Below are positions 49,481 to 59,991 of a DNA stretch of 64,000 bases, piece after piece (within the stretch, counting starts at the first letter, position 1; each line of letters starts with the position of its first letter). The translations under genes and the position numbers were made by a program. The stretch comes from an uncultured Alphaproteobacteria bacterium (lineage in GTDB: Bacteria; Pseudomonadota; Alphaproteobacteria; Sphingomonadales; Sphingomonadaceae): positions 91,284-155,283 of the forward strand of contig CAVTPG010000001.1 in assembly GCA_963736595.1 (NCBI GenBank), in the 5' to 3' direction. The notes below the pieces were generated by a model. The model made no database searches. It was not told the DNA's origin and saw only the letters and a list, made by a program, of their open reading frames with translations.

Positions 49481-50209
49481 ATGACCGATCAAGTAAAACC
49501 CTTAATGCCGCACGCAACGGCGACATGGCTGGTCGATCATACGGGTTTGGCTTTTGAGCAAATCGCCAGCTTTTGCGGGCTGCATATCCTTGAAGTGCAA
49601 GCGATGGCAGACGATCTGGCGGGTAGCAAATATACCGGCCGCGACCCCCTGCACGCGGGCGAATTGACGCAGGATGAAATTGCCAAAGGCGAAGCCGACG
49701 ACACGTATGAATTGAAGATGCAGCGCGCTCCGGTGGCGGTCAATCGCACCAAAGGCGCACGCTATACGCCGGTATCCAAGCGTCAGGATAAGCCCGATGG
49801 CATTTCCTGGTTGCTGCGCAATCATCCCGAAATGAGCGACGCACAGATTTCCAAACTGATCGGTACGACGCGCAACACGATCAACGCCATTCGTGACCGC
49901 TCGCACTGGAACATTCAGAACATCCAGTCGAAGGATCCGGTGACATTGGGCCTGTGTTCGCAGCGCGAGCTGGATGCAATTGTGGCCAAAGCAGCGAAGA
50001 AAGCTGGCATCGAAGAGCCTGAAGTCGTCGTCGGTCCGGAAAACGTCAGCGACAAGGAAAAGCTGATCGAGGAATTGCGCGCCGAGCGTGATGCTGCGGT
50101 CAAGGAAGCCGCTGAAGCTGCACAGGAAGCGGAAGCCGCGACGTGGCTCGAAAACAAGCGCGCCGCCGAAGAAGCAGGCGAGCAGCCGGGTGAAACACCT
50201 CCCGCCTGA
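49481..50209 (+). CDS. trcR: DUF1013 family transcriptional regulator TrcR
   Basis: PLMP.ATA.WLVD, YTPVSKRQDKPD.I.WL, RSHWN, DPVTLGLCSQ. Confidence 0.88.
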   Translation: MTDQVKPLMPHATATWLVDHTGLAFEQIASFCGLHILEVQAMADDLAGSKYTGRDPLHAGELTQDEIAKGEADDTYELKMQRAPVAVNRTKGARYTPVSKRQDKPDGISWLLRNHPEMSDAQISKLIGTTRNTINAIRDRSHWNIQNIQSKDPVTLGLCSQRELDAIVAKAAKKAGIEEPEVVVGPENVSDKEKLIEELRAERDAAVKEAAEAAQEAEAATWLENKRAAEEAGEQPGETPPA

Positions 50210-50300
50210 TCCGCCGCGCATTTCTTGTTATAATCCGCGCAACTGCCTGCACTGACACAAAAACCTTGCGCTTTTGCAGGTGAGCATTCATCCGACTGGC

Positions 50301-52001
50301 ATGGCTTTCGACAAAGATGCGCGCGCTTTTCCTGCAACGCCACAGGCGGCACAGGCTGAATATCATCACCCTTGCGCGTGGGACATGGCGCTCGACGATG
50401 TCACGCTGACGCAATCGTTCGCTCGCACGGCGCAAAAGCACCCCGATCGCAGCCTGGTCGAATTTCTAGGCGCAAGCTATTCTTACAAAACACTTTACGC
50501 CGATGCGGGACGTTTCGCGGCCAGCCTGAAAGCTGCGGGCATTGAAAAAGGCGACCGGGTTGGATTGTTTCTGCCGAATGTCCCGATTTACGTGGCGGCT
50601 TATTACGGCGCGATGATGGCGGGTGCGGTGGTCGTGAATTTCTCACCGCTTTATACTGCCGAAGAGCTGTCGCATCAGGTCGCCGATTCCGGAACGAAGC
50701 TGCTGGTTACGGTCGATGTGGCGACGCTGCTGCCGACTGCGCTGGAGGTGCTGGACGGCACGGACCTCAAGAGTCTGGTCGTCGGCAAACTTGGTGCGAT
50801 GCTGCCGCTGGCGAAGCGGATTGCTCTTAAAATTTTGGGTCGCGGCAAGATTTCGGCCATTCCGAACCGGCCCGATGTCACGGAATGGCGTGCATTTCTT
50901 CAAGCCGATCCCATCGATCCGGTGTCAACCGAGCTCGCCGATCTCGCATTGTTGCAATATACCGGCGGAACCACCGGCACGCCCAAAGGCGCGATGCTGA
51001 CGCACGGCAATTTGTCCAGCAACGCGCAGCAGGTCAACGCCATCGACCCGTTCGACCGCGCGGAAGTGGATATGGTTCTCGGCGCGTTGCCGCTGTTCCA
51101 TGTGTTTGCCAACACCTGCGTGCTGAATCGGACGGTGCTGCGCGGTGGAACCATCATCATGCTACCTCGCTTCGAGCCGAAACAGGTTCTCGCCGCGATC
51201 GCAAAATCCAAGCCGAACGCATTTCCCGGCGTGCCGACCATGTATCAGGCGCTGATGGATCACGCCGATTTTGCCAGCACAGACTTTTCTTCGATCCGCA
51301 TCGGGATTTCCGGCGGAGCGCCAATGCCAGCCCCGTTGCATAAGGCGTTCGAGCAGAAAACCGAAGTTCGGCTGGTCGAGGGCTATGGCCTCACTGAAAG
51401 CAGCGGCGTCGTTTCGGTCAATCCGTATGTCGGCACGCGCAAATCCGGCACGATCGGACAGTTATTGCCGAACACGCAGGTGATACTGCTCGACAAGGAA
51501 GATGCGACCAAGCTGGTCGGAGTGGATGAGCCGGGCGAACTGGCCATCGCCGGGCCGCAAATCATGGCCGGGTACTGGAACCGTCCCGAAGCCGCCGCAG
51601 ATACATTTGTCGAGCATTACGGCAAGACATGGCTGCGCACCGGCGATGTCGCAACGATCGATGCGGACGGATTCATCGCCATCGTTGATCGGATCAAGGA
51701 CATGATCGCGGTTGGCGGCTTCAAGGTGTTTCCGAGCCAAGTCGAAGATATTTTGCTGACCAATGATGCCATCAAAGAGGCGTTGGTAATCGGTGCGCCG
51801 GACGATCTACGCGGCGAATGCGTGCACGCCTATATTACGCTGGCCGCCGACAAGAACGCGGATGCGGAAAAGCTCAAAACCTGGGCGAACCAGCATCTGG
51901 GCAAGCATGAACGGTTGGAAAAACTGGTCATTCGCGACGATTTGCCGAAAACGATGATCGGCAAACTGGACCGCAAAGCCCTGCGCGCAGAAGTTCTTTA
52001 G
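50301..52001 (+). CDS. long-chain-fatty-acid--CoA ligase (AMP-binding)
   Basis: YTGGTTGTPKG, EGYGLTE, LRTGD, LPKT.IGK. Confidence 0.92.
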   Translation: MAFDKDARAFPATPQAAQAEYHHPCAWDMALDDVTLTQSFARTAQKHPDRSLVEFLGASYSYKTLYADAGRFAASLKAAGIEKGDRVGLFLPNVPIYVAAYYGAMMAGAVVVNFSPLYTAEELSHQVADSGTKLLVTVDVATLLPTALEVLDGTDLKSLVVGKLGAMLPLAKRIALKILGRGKISAIPNRPDVTEWRAFLQADPIDPVSTELADLALLQYTGGTTGTPKGAMLTHGNLSSNAQQVNAIDPFDRAEVDMVLGALPLFHVFANTCVLNRTVLRGGTIIMLPRFEPKQVLAAIAKSKPNAFPGVPTMYQALMDHADFASTDFSSIRIGISGGAPMPAPLHKAFEQKTEVRLVEGYGLTESSGVVSVNPYVGTRKSGTIGQLLPNTQVILLDKEDATKLVGVDEPGELAIAGPQIMAGYWNRPEAAADTFVEHYGKTWLRTGDVATIDADGFIAIVDRIKDMIAVGGFKVFPSQVEDILLTNDAIKEALVIGAPDDLRGECVHAYITLAADKNADAEKLKTWANQHLGKHERLEKLVIRDDLPKTMIGKLDRKALRAEVL

Positions 52002-52013
52002 CTTGGAGCAGCG

Positions 52014-52472
52014 TTAGCGGGCGACGGTCAGCTTGGGTTCGTCATTTGCGCCAGCAGGTGCTGCGCTTCTGGCAGCGACCGGCTCGACTTTGGGGGCGAA
52101 GCGTCCCTCGACCTGCGCGCCTTGCTCGATGGTCAAGGCATCATACTGCACATCGCCGGTGATCCGCGCCGATTGCAACACGACCAGCTCTTTTGCAGAG
52201 ATCGACCCGTTGACCGTACCTGACAGGCGCGCGCGATCCGCTTTTACATTGCCATGAATGACGCTGGATTCGCCCTGAACCAATGAGGAGCAGGAAATGT
52301 CGCCTTCGATCTTGCCGTCGATATGCAAGTCGGCAGAGGCTGCGATGTCGCCGGTGACGGTAATGTCCGACCCAAGCACGGAAAATGTCGATTTGCCATT
52401 ATTGGCCGCAGATTTACCCATGTTAGGAGCTATGCTCTTGGCCGGGGATGGCTCGGACTTCTTTGAGAACAT
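52014..52472 (-). CDS. bactofilin (polymer-forming cytoskeletal protein)
   Basis: ITVTGDI..LHIDG.IEGDI..ITGDV.Y..L.IE.GA. Confidence 0.93.
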   Translation of the reverse strand: MFSKKSEPSPAKSIAPNMGKSAANNGKSTFSVLGSDITVTGDIAASADLHIDGKIEGDISCSSLVQGESSVIHGNVKADRARLSGTVNGSISAKELVVLQSARITGDVQYDALTIEQGAQVEGRFAPKVEPVAARSAAPAGANDEPKLTVAR

Positions 52473-53580
52473 GAGGGGCGGACTCCAGGAAAGGGCGGGG
52501 ATTGACGGCGCGGTTGTTGATACGCACTTCGAAATGCAAATGCGGCCCGGTCGAACGGCCGGTATTGCCGATAGCGCCGATCACGTCGCCCGCATCAACT
52601 CTTTCACCCAGCTTGGCGGAAAAGCGCGACATATGGGCATAGCGGGTCATCAGGCCGTTGCCATGCGTGATTTCGACCACTTTGCCGTAGCCGCCTTTGC
52701 GACCGACAAACGAGACTTTGCCATCTGCAGCGGAGCGGATCGGCGTGCCAATCGCGCCTTTGAAATCCAGCCCCTTGTGCATGGCGCCCGTGCCTTTGAA
52801 CGGGTCGCGGCGATAGCCAAAGCCGGAGGAAATCGATTCGATGCTGGCGGGCAGGACTTGCGGCACACCGTCAAGGATCCGCTCCAGCGCGCTCATGCGG
52901 GCAAGGCTCAAGCCCATGCGCTCAAAGCGCGGATCGATCGAGCCATCGCTGCTGGTGGTCAATGTTTCCAGCGGACCACCCATCGCGTCACGCTCTGCTT
53001 TGCGCAGCACGGATGACGGATCGAGGCCCAGCTTGCGAAGGGCTTTTTCGGCCCGCAGCGTCCGGAAATCGGCGTAGCGCGTCAGGCGCTCGACAAAGAC
53101 CAGCTGGCGCGCTTCCATTTTTGCCAAAGCACCGGCTTCGGGCAATACTGCGCTGACTTGCGAAATTGTTTTGGCTGTTTCGGTGGTGGAATCGCTGACT
53201 TCGCTTTCCGTCACGATGTCGGAGGGAAGCGTGGGCACCATTTCTTCGATGAATTGCTGGCGCTGTTCCAACTCGGAGGCCACTTTGCCAAGATCGCTGC
53301 GATAGGCTTGCACGCGCTCCTGCGCCGTGGCGACCCGGGCTTCACGCTGCGTCAACGACGCCAGGTCGGATGTTGCGCGATATTGCGTCCACGTCATGAT
53401 AGCCATCGTCAGCGCCCAGCCGATGAGTGCAGTGGCCAAAACCGCCGCGACAATCATCTGCATCCGCGAGGTGACAGTAATGAAGCGAACTTGCCCTTGC
53501 GACCGCATGAAAAATTCACGGTCAGGGAAATATTTACCGATTTTCGCTGAAAAACCCGTGCTTTTGCTTGTTGTGTTCAA
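52423..53580 (-). CDS. M23 peptidase with TM and coiled coil (LmdC-like, bactofilin partner)
   Basis: HKGLD, YAHMS, GRSTGPHLHFE; 50-bp overlap with the bactofilin gene. Confidence 0.9.
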   Translation of the reverse strand: MNTTSKSTGFSAKIGKYFPDREFFMRSQGQVRFITVTSRMQMIVAAVLATALIGWALTMAIMTWTQYRATSDLASLTQREARVATAQERVQAYRSDLGKVASELEQRQQFIEEMVPTLPSDIVTESEVSDSTTETAKTISQVSAVLPEAGALAKMEARQLVFVERLTRYADFRTLRAEKALRKLGLDPSSVLRKAERDAMGGPLETLTTSSDGSIDPRFERMGLSLARMSALERILDGVPQVLPASIESISSGFGYRRDPFKGTGAMHKGLDFKGAIGTPIRSAADGKVSFVGRKGGYGKVVEITHGNGLMTRYAHMSRFSAKLGERVDAGDVIGAIGNTGRSTGPHLHFEVRINNRAVNPRPFLESAPHVLKEVRAIPGQEHSS

Positions 53581-53803
53581 AGGAACCCGCCCCGTTATTT
53601 TCGACCCGAGGCAATCAGTAGGGGCAAAGGTTAACGGAATCGATCACTTCGCGCTTTCAAAAGGATGAACGGATGAGTCCATGCGGTGAATTGTGAAATT
53701 ATCACATAAATTGCAAAAATTCTGGGAACCTTTTGCGAATCGCGCGAACTGCAGCCCTGCTAAATGCGCTGACAAGGAGGTTTTGCGATGATAGTCAGCT
53801 AGC

Positions 53804-55090
53804 ATGAGCATGGATATGGACAGCAGCGAAGTGTTGCCGGAATCGGCGGCCGACTTGATCGCCGAGATGGCTGGGCGCGCACGCACGGCTCAACATCAAC
53901 TGGCGCGTATGAGCGATGCAGAGAAGTCAGCGGCTTTGCGCGCCGGCGCTGCCTCACTGCGATCAAATGCCAGAGAAATTCTGGCGGCGAATGAGCAGGA
54001 CATGGCGGCAGGGCGGGAGCGCGGCTTGACCGATGCCCTGCTGGATCGTCTGAAGCTTGATGATGCGCGGTTGGGCGATATTGCGTCGGCGGTAGAAGCA
54101 GTGGCCAGTCTGCCCGATCCGGTCGGGGAGATCATTTCGCACGACGTTCGGCCCAACGGGCTGGACTTATCGCGTATACGCGTGCCGGTCGGCGTAATTG
54201 GCATCATTTACGAAAGCCGCCCGAATGTAACCGTCGATGCTGCGGCGCTGTGTTTGCGGTCGGGCAATGCGGTAATTTTGCGCGGCGGAAGCGAGGCGGT
54301 GCACTCCAATCGCGCTTTACTAACGGCGTTTTGCAAGGGGTTGGAAAGTAAAGGCATTCCCAAAAATGCCGTGCAGCTTGTGCCGACACAGGACCGCGAT
54401 GCAGTGGGCGCGATGCTGAAAGCGAGCGGGATGATCGACATGATCGTGCCGCGCGGCGGAAAAGGACTGGTTGCGCGGGTGCAGGCTGATGCGCGGGTGC
54501 CGGTGCTCGCGCATCTCGACGGCATTTGCCACACTTACATCCACCACTCGGCAGATCCGGAGATGGCACGCGCTGTCGTCTTGAATGCCAAGATGCGCAG
54601 ACCGGGCATTTGTGGCGCGATGGAAACTTTGCTGATCGACGCACAATTTGCCGAAGCCAAGCGCGTGTGCAGCGACTTGATCGAGGCCGATTGCGCACTT
54701 GTTGGCGATGGCCGTGCGCAGGCACTGGACCACAGGATAACAGCCGCAAAAGCAGAGGATTGGGACACAGAATACCTTGAGGCAAAGCTGTCCGTTTCGG
54801 TCGTGGATGGCCTCGACCAAGCGCTCGCGCATATTGCCAAACACAGTTCCGGTCACACCGATGCGGTTATTTCTAGCGATAGCGAGGTGACGGAGAGGTT
54901 CCTTAACGAAGTCGATTCCGCCATCGTGATGGTCAACGCATCCAGCCAGTTTGCCGATGGTGGCGAATTCGGCCTGGGCGCAGAAATCGGCATCGCAACC
55001 GGGCGCTTGCACGCTCGCGGGCCAGTCGCTTTGGAAGGGCTGACGACATACAAATGGCAAGTGCGCGGCTCGGGTCAGGCGCGTCCTTGA
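53804..55090 (+). CDS. proA: gamma-glutamyl phosphate reductase
   Basis: GIIYESRPNV, LRGGSEA, CGAMET, FADG.EFG.GAEIGI. Confidence 0.97.
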   Translation: MSMDMDSSEVLPESAADLIAEMAGRARTAQHQLARMSDAEKSAALRAGAASLRSNAREILAANEQDMAAGRERGLTDALLDRLKLDDARLGDIASAVEAVASLPDPVGEIISHDVRPNGLDLSRIRVPVGVIGIIYESRPNVTVDAAALCLRSGNAVILRGGSEAVHSNRALLTAFCKGLESKGIPKNAVQLVPTQDRDAVGAMLKASGMIDMIVPRGGKGLVARVQADARVPVLAHLDGICHTYIHHSADPEMARAVVLNAKMRRPGICGAMETLLIDAQFAEAKRVCSDLIEADCALVGDGRAQALDHRITAAKAEDWDTEYLEAKLSVSVVDGLDQALAHIAKHSSGHTDAVISSDSEVTERFLNEVDSAIVMVNASSQFADGGEFGLGAEIGIATGRLHARGPVALEGLTTYKWQVRGSGQARP

Positions 55091-55106
55091 GCCACGGAAT
55101 TGTGTC

Positions 55107-55766
55107 TTGAGAAACGCGCTTCTGCCGCAGCGGATTGGTTTGCTCGGCGGCAGTTTCAATCCCGCACATGGCGGGCACCGCCGCATTTCGTTGTTCGCGC
55201 ATCAGGCTTTGGGCTTGGACGAAGTGTGGTGGCTGGTTTCGCCCGGCAACCCTTTGAAGTCAAAACAAGGCATGGCGCCTTTATCCGCGCGGCTGGCATC
55301 CGCTCAGCAGATGGCGCGCAATGCTCCGATCCGCGCGACTGCCATCGAGCAAGCCCTTGGCACACGCTACACGGCTGACACGCTCGCGGCGATAAAGCGT
55401 CGCTATGCCAAGCGGGATTTTGTGTGGCTGATGGGCTCGGACAATCTGGCGCAATTTCACCAATGGCGACGGTGGCGCGATATTGCGCGGGCCATGCCGA
55501 TCGCCGTGATCGCGCGGCCCGGCTACGACCATGAAGCTCTGTTCAGCCCGGCGATGGCGTGGCTAAGGCGCTATCGTGTGCCGCTATCCGCGTTGAAAGC
55601 ACGGCCCCATCAAGCGCCCGCCATAACGATCCTGCGGTTCGATCCTGACAACCGGTCAGCCACAGCAATCCGGCAAAAAAACCCCGACTGGGCGAAAGAT
55701 TTTGCGAATCGCCCCGCGCGAGATACATTGACCCGTAAGATGATCGAGGCGGGAGACCCCTCGTAA
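55107..55766 (+). CDS. nadD: nicotinate-nucleotide adenylyltransferase
   Basis: GGSFNPAH.GH, WLMGSDN, SATAIR. Confidence 0.95.
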   Translation: MRNALLPQRIGLLGGSFNPAHGGHRRISLFAHQALGLDEVWWLVSPGNPLKSKQGMAPLSARLASAQQMARNAPIRATAIEQALGTRYTADTLAAIKRRYAKRDFVWLMGSDNLAQFHQWRRWRDIARAMPIAVIARPGYDHEALFSPAMAWLRRYRVPLSALKARPHQAPAITILRFDPDNRSATAIRQKNPDWAKDFANRPARDTLTRKMIEAGDPS

Positions 55767-55826
55767 TGCCGCCTGCTATGCACCATATGGACAGGCAGAT
55801 ATTTTCAAGGAGTGATTTGACCGCCC

Positions 55827-56252
55827 ATGACTGAGGCGAATACCAACGAAACGCAGGCCGCTGCAAAGGCCGATAACGGCGCGGCGACGATGCACGAGGT
55901 GAGCGACAGCCCGCTGCACAAACTGGTCATGTCCGAACTGGACGAGAATCAGGCGCAGGAAGTCGTGTCCATTCCGCTCGCCGGGAAGTCCTCGATTGCC
56001 GATTATATGGTGATTGCGTCGGGCCGATCGACGCGCCAAGTGGCCGCAATCGCGCAAAAGCTGAGCGAGACGATCAAGCAGGCGGGTCTGGGTCCAGTGC
56101 GGCTTGAAGGCTTGCCCGCGGCCGATTGGGTGCTGGTTGATGCGGGCGATATCGTCGTGCATCTGTTCCGGCCCGAAGTCCGCAGCTTCTACAATCTGGA
56201 GCGGATGTGGGCATTCGGCGATGCGCCGCCAGTTGCCGCTGGTAGCGCCTGA
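55827..56252 (+). CDS. rsfS: ribosome silencing factor
   Basis: DYMVIASG.S.RQV, WVLVD.GD.VVHLF....R.FYNLE.MW. Confidence 0.96.
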   Translation: MTEANTNETQAAAKADNGAATMHEVSDSPLHKLVMSELDENQAQEVVSIPLAGKSSIADYMVIASGRSTRQVAAIAQKLSETIKQAGLGPVRLEGLPAADWVLVDAGDIVVHLFRPEVRSFYNLERMWAFGDAPPVAAGSA

Positions 56253-56273
56253 CTGCTGCGCTGAGAGGCCGGC

Positions 56274-56696
56274 ATCCTTCTCCACATCATCGCGCGCGGC
56301 AGGATCGGTCGATCGCCAGAAGCCGAGCTGGTTGCGCGTTATGAAAAGCGTGTCGGGCGCGATTTCAAACTGACCGAATTGCCGGAAACGGGTGGGCGAA
56401 TAGCTGACCCGTTAACCCCGCACCGCACGGTGCTGCTCGATGAGCGCGGCAAAAACCTGTCATCGGAAGAATTGGCGGCAGTGCTGTCGCGCTGGACCGA
56501 TGATGGCGTGAGGGAAGCGCGCTTTATGCTTGGAGCAGCGGACGGGCACAGCGATCAGGAGCGCGAAGACGCCGATCTGTTGCTCGCATTCGGCAAAGCG
56601 ACCTGGCCGCATCTGCTCGCTCGCGCCATGCTGGCTGAACAGATTTACCGCGCGACCACCATTCTCGCCGGTCATCCCTACCATCGCAGCGGTTAA
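56274..56696 (+). CDS. rlmH: 23S rRNA pseudouridine-1915 methyltransferase (apparent ATC start)
   Basis: (I)LLHIIARGRIGRSPE..., LDERG, GAADG, TWPH.LAR..L.EQ.YRA..GHPYH. Confidence 0.93.
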   Translation: MLLHIIARGRIGRSPEAELVARYEKRVGRDFKLTELPETGGRIADPLTPHRTVLLDERGKNLSSEELAAVLSRWTDDGVREARFMLGAADGHSDQEREDADLLLAFGKATWPHLLARAMLAEQIYRATTILAGHPYHRSG

Positions 56697-56715
56697 TCGG
56701 GCATAGGCCAGTAAT

Positions 56716-57994
56716 ATGCTGCGCGTAACAAAGCCTTTGCTAATGTTGTTTCTGGTCGCCTGTTTCGCGGCAGCAGCGGTACATGTTTGTCATGCCGGTG
56801 GGCGCACAGAACGACAGGATTGCAAACGACGCCAGTGGCACAGGGCCTCCTGACGTCATGGCTGCGCGTAAGGAATTGCGGGCCGCGCAACGCCGCGAAC
56901 AGGAAGCGCGCCAGCGCGAGGCGTTGCTGGGCGAGCGGGCCGAGGAAGCCACCTTTGCCGCCGAAAAATCCCAACGCGATGTTGCAGTGCTGGCGGCTCA
57001 GATACAAACGACCGAGGCCAGTCTGGCTGCGGCGCGTTCGCGCTTGGCGGTGATCCGGGGAGAGCGGCGGACGCTGGAGCAGCAACTGGGCAAGCAGCGC
57101 GAGCCGGTGGTGCAATTAACGGCAGCTTTGCAGCGGTTGACGGCGCGCCCACTGGCTTTGTCGGCTTTGCAGCCCGGTTCGTTGCGTGAAACGGTGTATT
57201 TGCGCGCAGTGCTGGATCAGACGATCCCCGCCATCCGTGAAAAAACCGCCGGTTTGCGGGGGCAGCGCATCCGCTCGCAGGAACTGGCGCGCGAATCGGA
57301 ACAGACGCTGGCAGCGCTTGGCAAAAGCGAGCAGGATTTAAAACAGCGGCGCACTCGATTATTGGCAGTAACAAGGCAGCGGCAGCTTGTTTCACGACGG
57401 GCGCAAGGCGATGCGCGACAGGAAGCGGAGAAAGCGGCGGAATTTGCGCGGCGTGCGAGCAGTCTGGATGGTCTGATTTCGCGGCTGGACAGAGCGGGTC
57501 AGGCGCGAGCAGCTTTGGCGCAACTGCCCGGCCCATATTTGCGCCCTGACGATCCCACGGCGCAACGCATCGCTGCCAATAGCGCCAGAACACGGGGCTC
57601 AGCATCTTCTGCCAGTGCTGCATCCGGCCCCGCATCTTATCGTTTGCCGGTCATCGGGCGAACGGTAAGCAAATTCGGTCAACGGCAAAGCAGCGGATTG
57701 CGGCAATCGGGCATCGTTCTGGCGCCCTCGGCCCGCGCGCAAATTACCGCGCCCGCAGATGGCAAAGTGGTGTTTGCCGGACCTTATCGCGGCTATGGGC
57801 AAATCGCGATCATCGACCACGGCGCAGGCTGGACCAGCCTGATTACCGGACTTACCACGTTAAATGTCGATATTGGCGATGCGGTTGTCTCGGGCGGCCC
57901 GCTGGGCATTGCCGCAGCGAATGATCCACGCATCACGCTGGAATTGCGCCGCCAGAACAAGCCAGTCGATCCCTTGAAATATCTACCGAATTAG
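56716..57994 (+). CDS. EnvC-like murein hydrolase activator, +1 frameshift near 56760-56782
   Basis: Long coiled coil plus degenerate M23 domain. The signal peptide MLRVTKPLLMLFLVACFAAAA from ATG 56716 is out of frame with ORF 56783-57994. Confidence 0.85.
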
Positions 57995-58094
57995 CAGCCT
58001 GTAGCAGCGTCAAAAATAATCGCGCGCAGGCTCATCTGGTATTAAGCCGTGATGCGCGATAACATCGGCACATTCCATCAGGAGCATCCAAGTC

Positions 58095-59441
58095 ATGAGA
58101 GCCGCCCTAATTCGACCCAGCCTGACTGCTGCCGCTTTGGCGACTGCGCTGACGCTGATCCCTGCGACGACCTCCGTGATGGCGCAAGTTGACGGGCACG
58201 CCGGGGCCGAATTTGCCAAGCTGTTCGCGACTTACGAGCGGATCAAGTCGAGCTATGTCGAGGATGTGGACGATGAAAAGCTGATCCGCGGCGCGATCGA
58301 CGGGATGCTGGCATCGCTCGACCCGCATTCCTCCTATCTCGATGGGTCCGATCTGGAGCGGATCAACACGCTGATCGACGGGAATTATTCAGGGCTTGGC
58401 CTGTCGGTGATGCAGGATGATGGCGCGGTAAAGATCATCTCGCCGTTTCGCGGCAGTCCGGCTGATGAAGCGGGCCTGAAAGCGGGCGACTATATCACGC
58501 ATCTCGATGGAACTTTGATTTACGGCAAAGAGCTGGATGAGGCCGTTGGCCTGATGCGCGGAAAAGCGGGAACTTCGATCCAATTGACTGTCTTTCGTCC
58601 CGGTCGCGACGAGCCGTTCGACGTCGATGTGACGCGCGGCGTGATCGAGCTGGAGCCGGTGACGCACTCGCTGGAAGCGGGCAATATCGGCATTATCACC
58701 ATCAACGAATTTTCCCGCGATGTGGGCAGCGATGTCTATGCGTCGTGGAAGGCACTGCAGCAGGAAGCAACGGGCCGGATCAGCGGGCTGGTGCTGGATT
58801 TGCGGTCCAATCCCGGCGGTTCGCTGGACGAGGCCGTGGCGCTGTCTGATCTGTTCCTCGACAAAGGGCGCATCGTATCGCAGCGCGGACGGGCACGAGG
58901 CGAGACGATCCTGTATGATTCCGAAACCGTGTTTCGCGGCGATATTGCCGGCGACATCCCGATGATTGTGCTGATCGATGCAGGGTCCGCCTCGGCGTCC
59001 GAAATCGTGGCGGGCGCGTTGCAGGATCACCGCCGCGCCGTCATCATGGGACAGCGCAGCTTCGGCAAGGGCAGCGTGCAATCATTGCTGCCACTAACCC
59101 GCGATTCTGCGCTGAAACTGACCACGGCGCGATACTACACGCCATCGGGTCATTCGGTGCAGGAAGGCGGTATCAAGCCTGATATCGCCGTCCCGCAGCT
59201 GTCCGATCCCGACTTGGCTCTGCGCGCAAAATACTCGATGCGCGAATCTGATTTGCGCGGCCATCTGGTCAACGAGCTTGGCATCAAGGACGAGCAATTG
59301 GAAACCGACAAGCTGGACGATCCGCGCTTTCAATTGACCGCAGAGGATCTGGAAAAGCAGGGCATCGAGGATTTTCAGCTGGATTACGCCTTAAGAACGC
59401 TGCGCCGCACCGGGGTCAGCGCCGTTGCCGCGCGCAAGTAG
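58095..59441 (+). CDS. S41 family C-terminal processing protease (CtpA-like)
   Basis: LDPHS, PDZ, LDLR.NPGG, SASASEI, SFGKGSVQ. Confidence 0.95.
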   Translation: MRAALIRPSLTAAALATALTLIPATTSVMAQVDGHAGAEFAKLFATYERIKSSYVEDVDDEKLIRGAIDGMLASLDPHSSYLDGSDLERINTLIDGNYSGLGLSVMQDDGAVKIISPFRGSPADEAGLKAGDYITHLDGTLIYGKELDEAVGLMRGKAGTSIQLTVFRPGRDEPFDVDVTRGVIELEPVTHSLEAGNIGIITINEFSRDVGSDVYASWKALQQEATGRISGLVLDLRSNPGGSLDEAVALSDLFLDKGRIVSQRGRARGETILYDSETVFRGDIAGDIPMIVLIDAGSASASEIVAGALQDHRRAVIMGQRSFGKGSVQSLLPLTRDSALKLTTARYYTPSGHSVQEGGIKPDIAVPQLSDPDLALRAKYSMRESDLRGHLVNELGIKDEQLETDKLDDPRFQLTAEDLEKQGIEDFQLDYALRTLRRTGVSAVAARK

Positions 59442-59511
59442 TTTTCATAACAACGATGCGATCCACAAGGATGTCTAAACGGGCCACAGCGATGTCGAGC
59501 GAGGCTTGGGC

Positions 59512-59991
59512 ATGATCGAGACGCCTTCAGCGCGGCTGGCGCGAAACCTTGCGCTGGTGATCCCGGTTTTGTTGATCGGCGGCGCTTATGTTTCGCAATA
59601 TGGTTTCGGCCTGTACCCCTGCGAGATGTGTTGGTGGCAACGCTATCCGCATTTTGCCGCGATCGGTCTGGCGTTGCTCTCCTATGTCATTGCGCCGCAA
59701 AAATTGTGGGTAGCATTGGCCGCCATCGCGATCATCGCATCAGGTGCGATCGGCGGATTTCATGCCGGCGTCGAATATGGCTGGTGGCAGGGCATCACCG
59801 ATTGCGCCAGCACGGCAACCCGCGAAGCCGGAACCAGCATCATGGATTCGATTACGAATGCGCCGATGATCCGCTGCGACCGGGCACCTTGGCAGTTCCT
59901 GGGCGTTTCTCTGGCAGGATGGAATTTCCTGATCTCTGTCGCCGGAGGATTGGCCATCCTGTATTTCCTCGCAAAAAGGACACCCACATGA
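59512..59991 (+). CDS. dsbB: disulfide bond formation protein B
   Basis: PCEMCWWQR, second Cys pair, four TM segments. Confidence 0.88.
   Translation: MIETPSARLARNLALVIPVLLIGGAYVSQYGFGLYPCEMCWWQRYPHFAAIGLALLSYVIAPQKLWVALAAIAIIASGAIGGFHAGVEYGWWQGITDCASTATREAGTSIMDSITNAPMIRCDRAPWQFLGVSLAGWNFLISVAGGLAILYFLAKRTPT

Noticed and set aside
59628-59987. Long N-terminal extension of Coq7 in the ORF track
   Set aside because: Overlaps dsbB; the real start is ATG 59988 with an AGGA RBS and ATGA coupling
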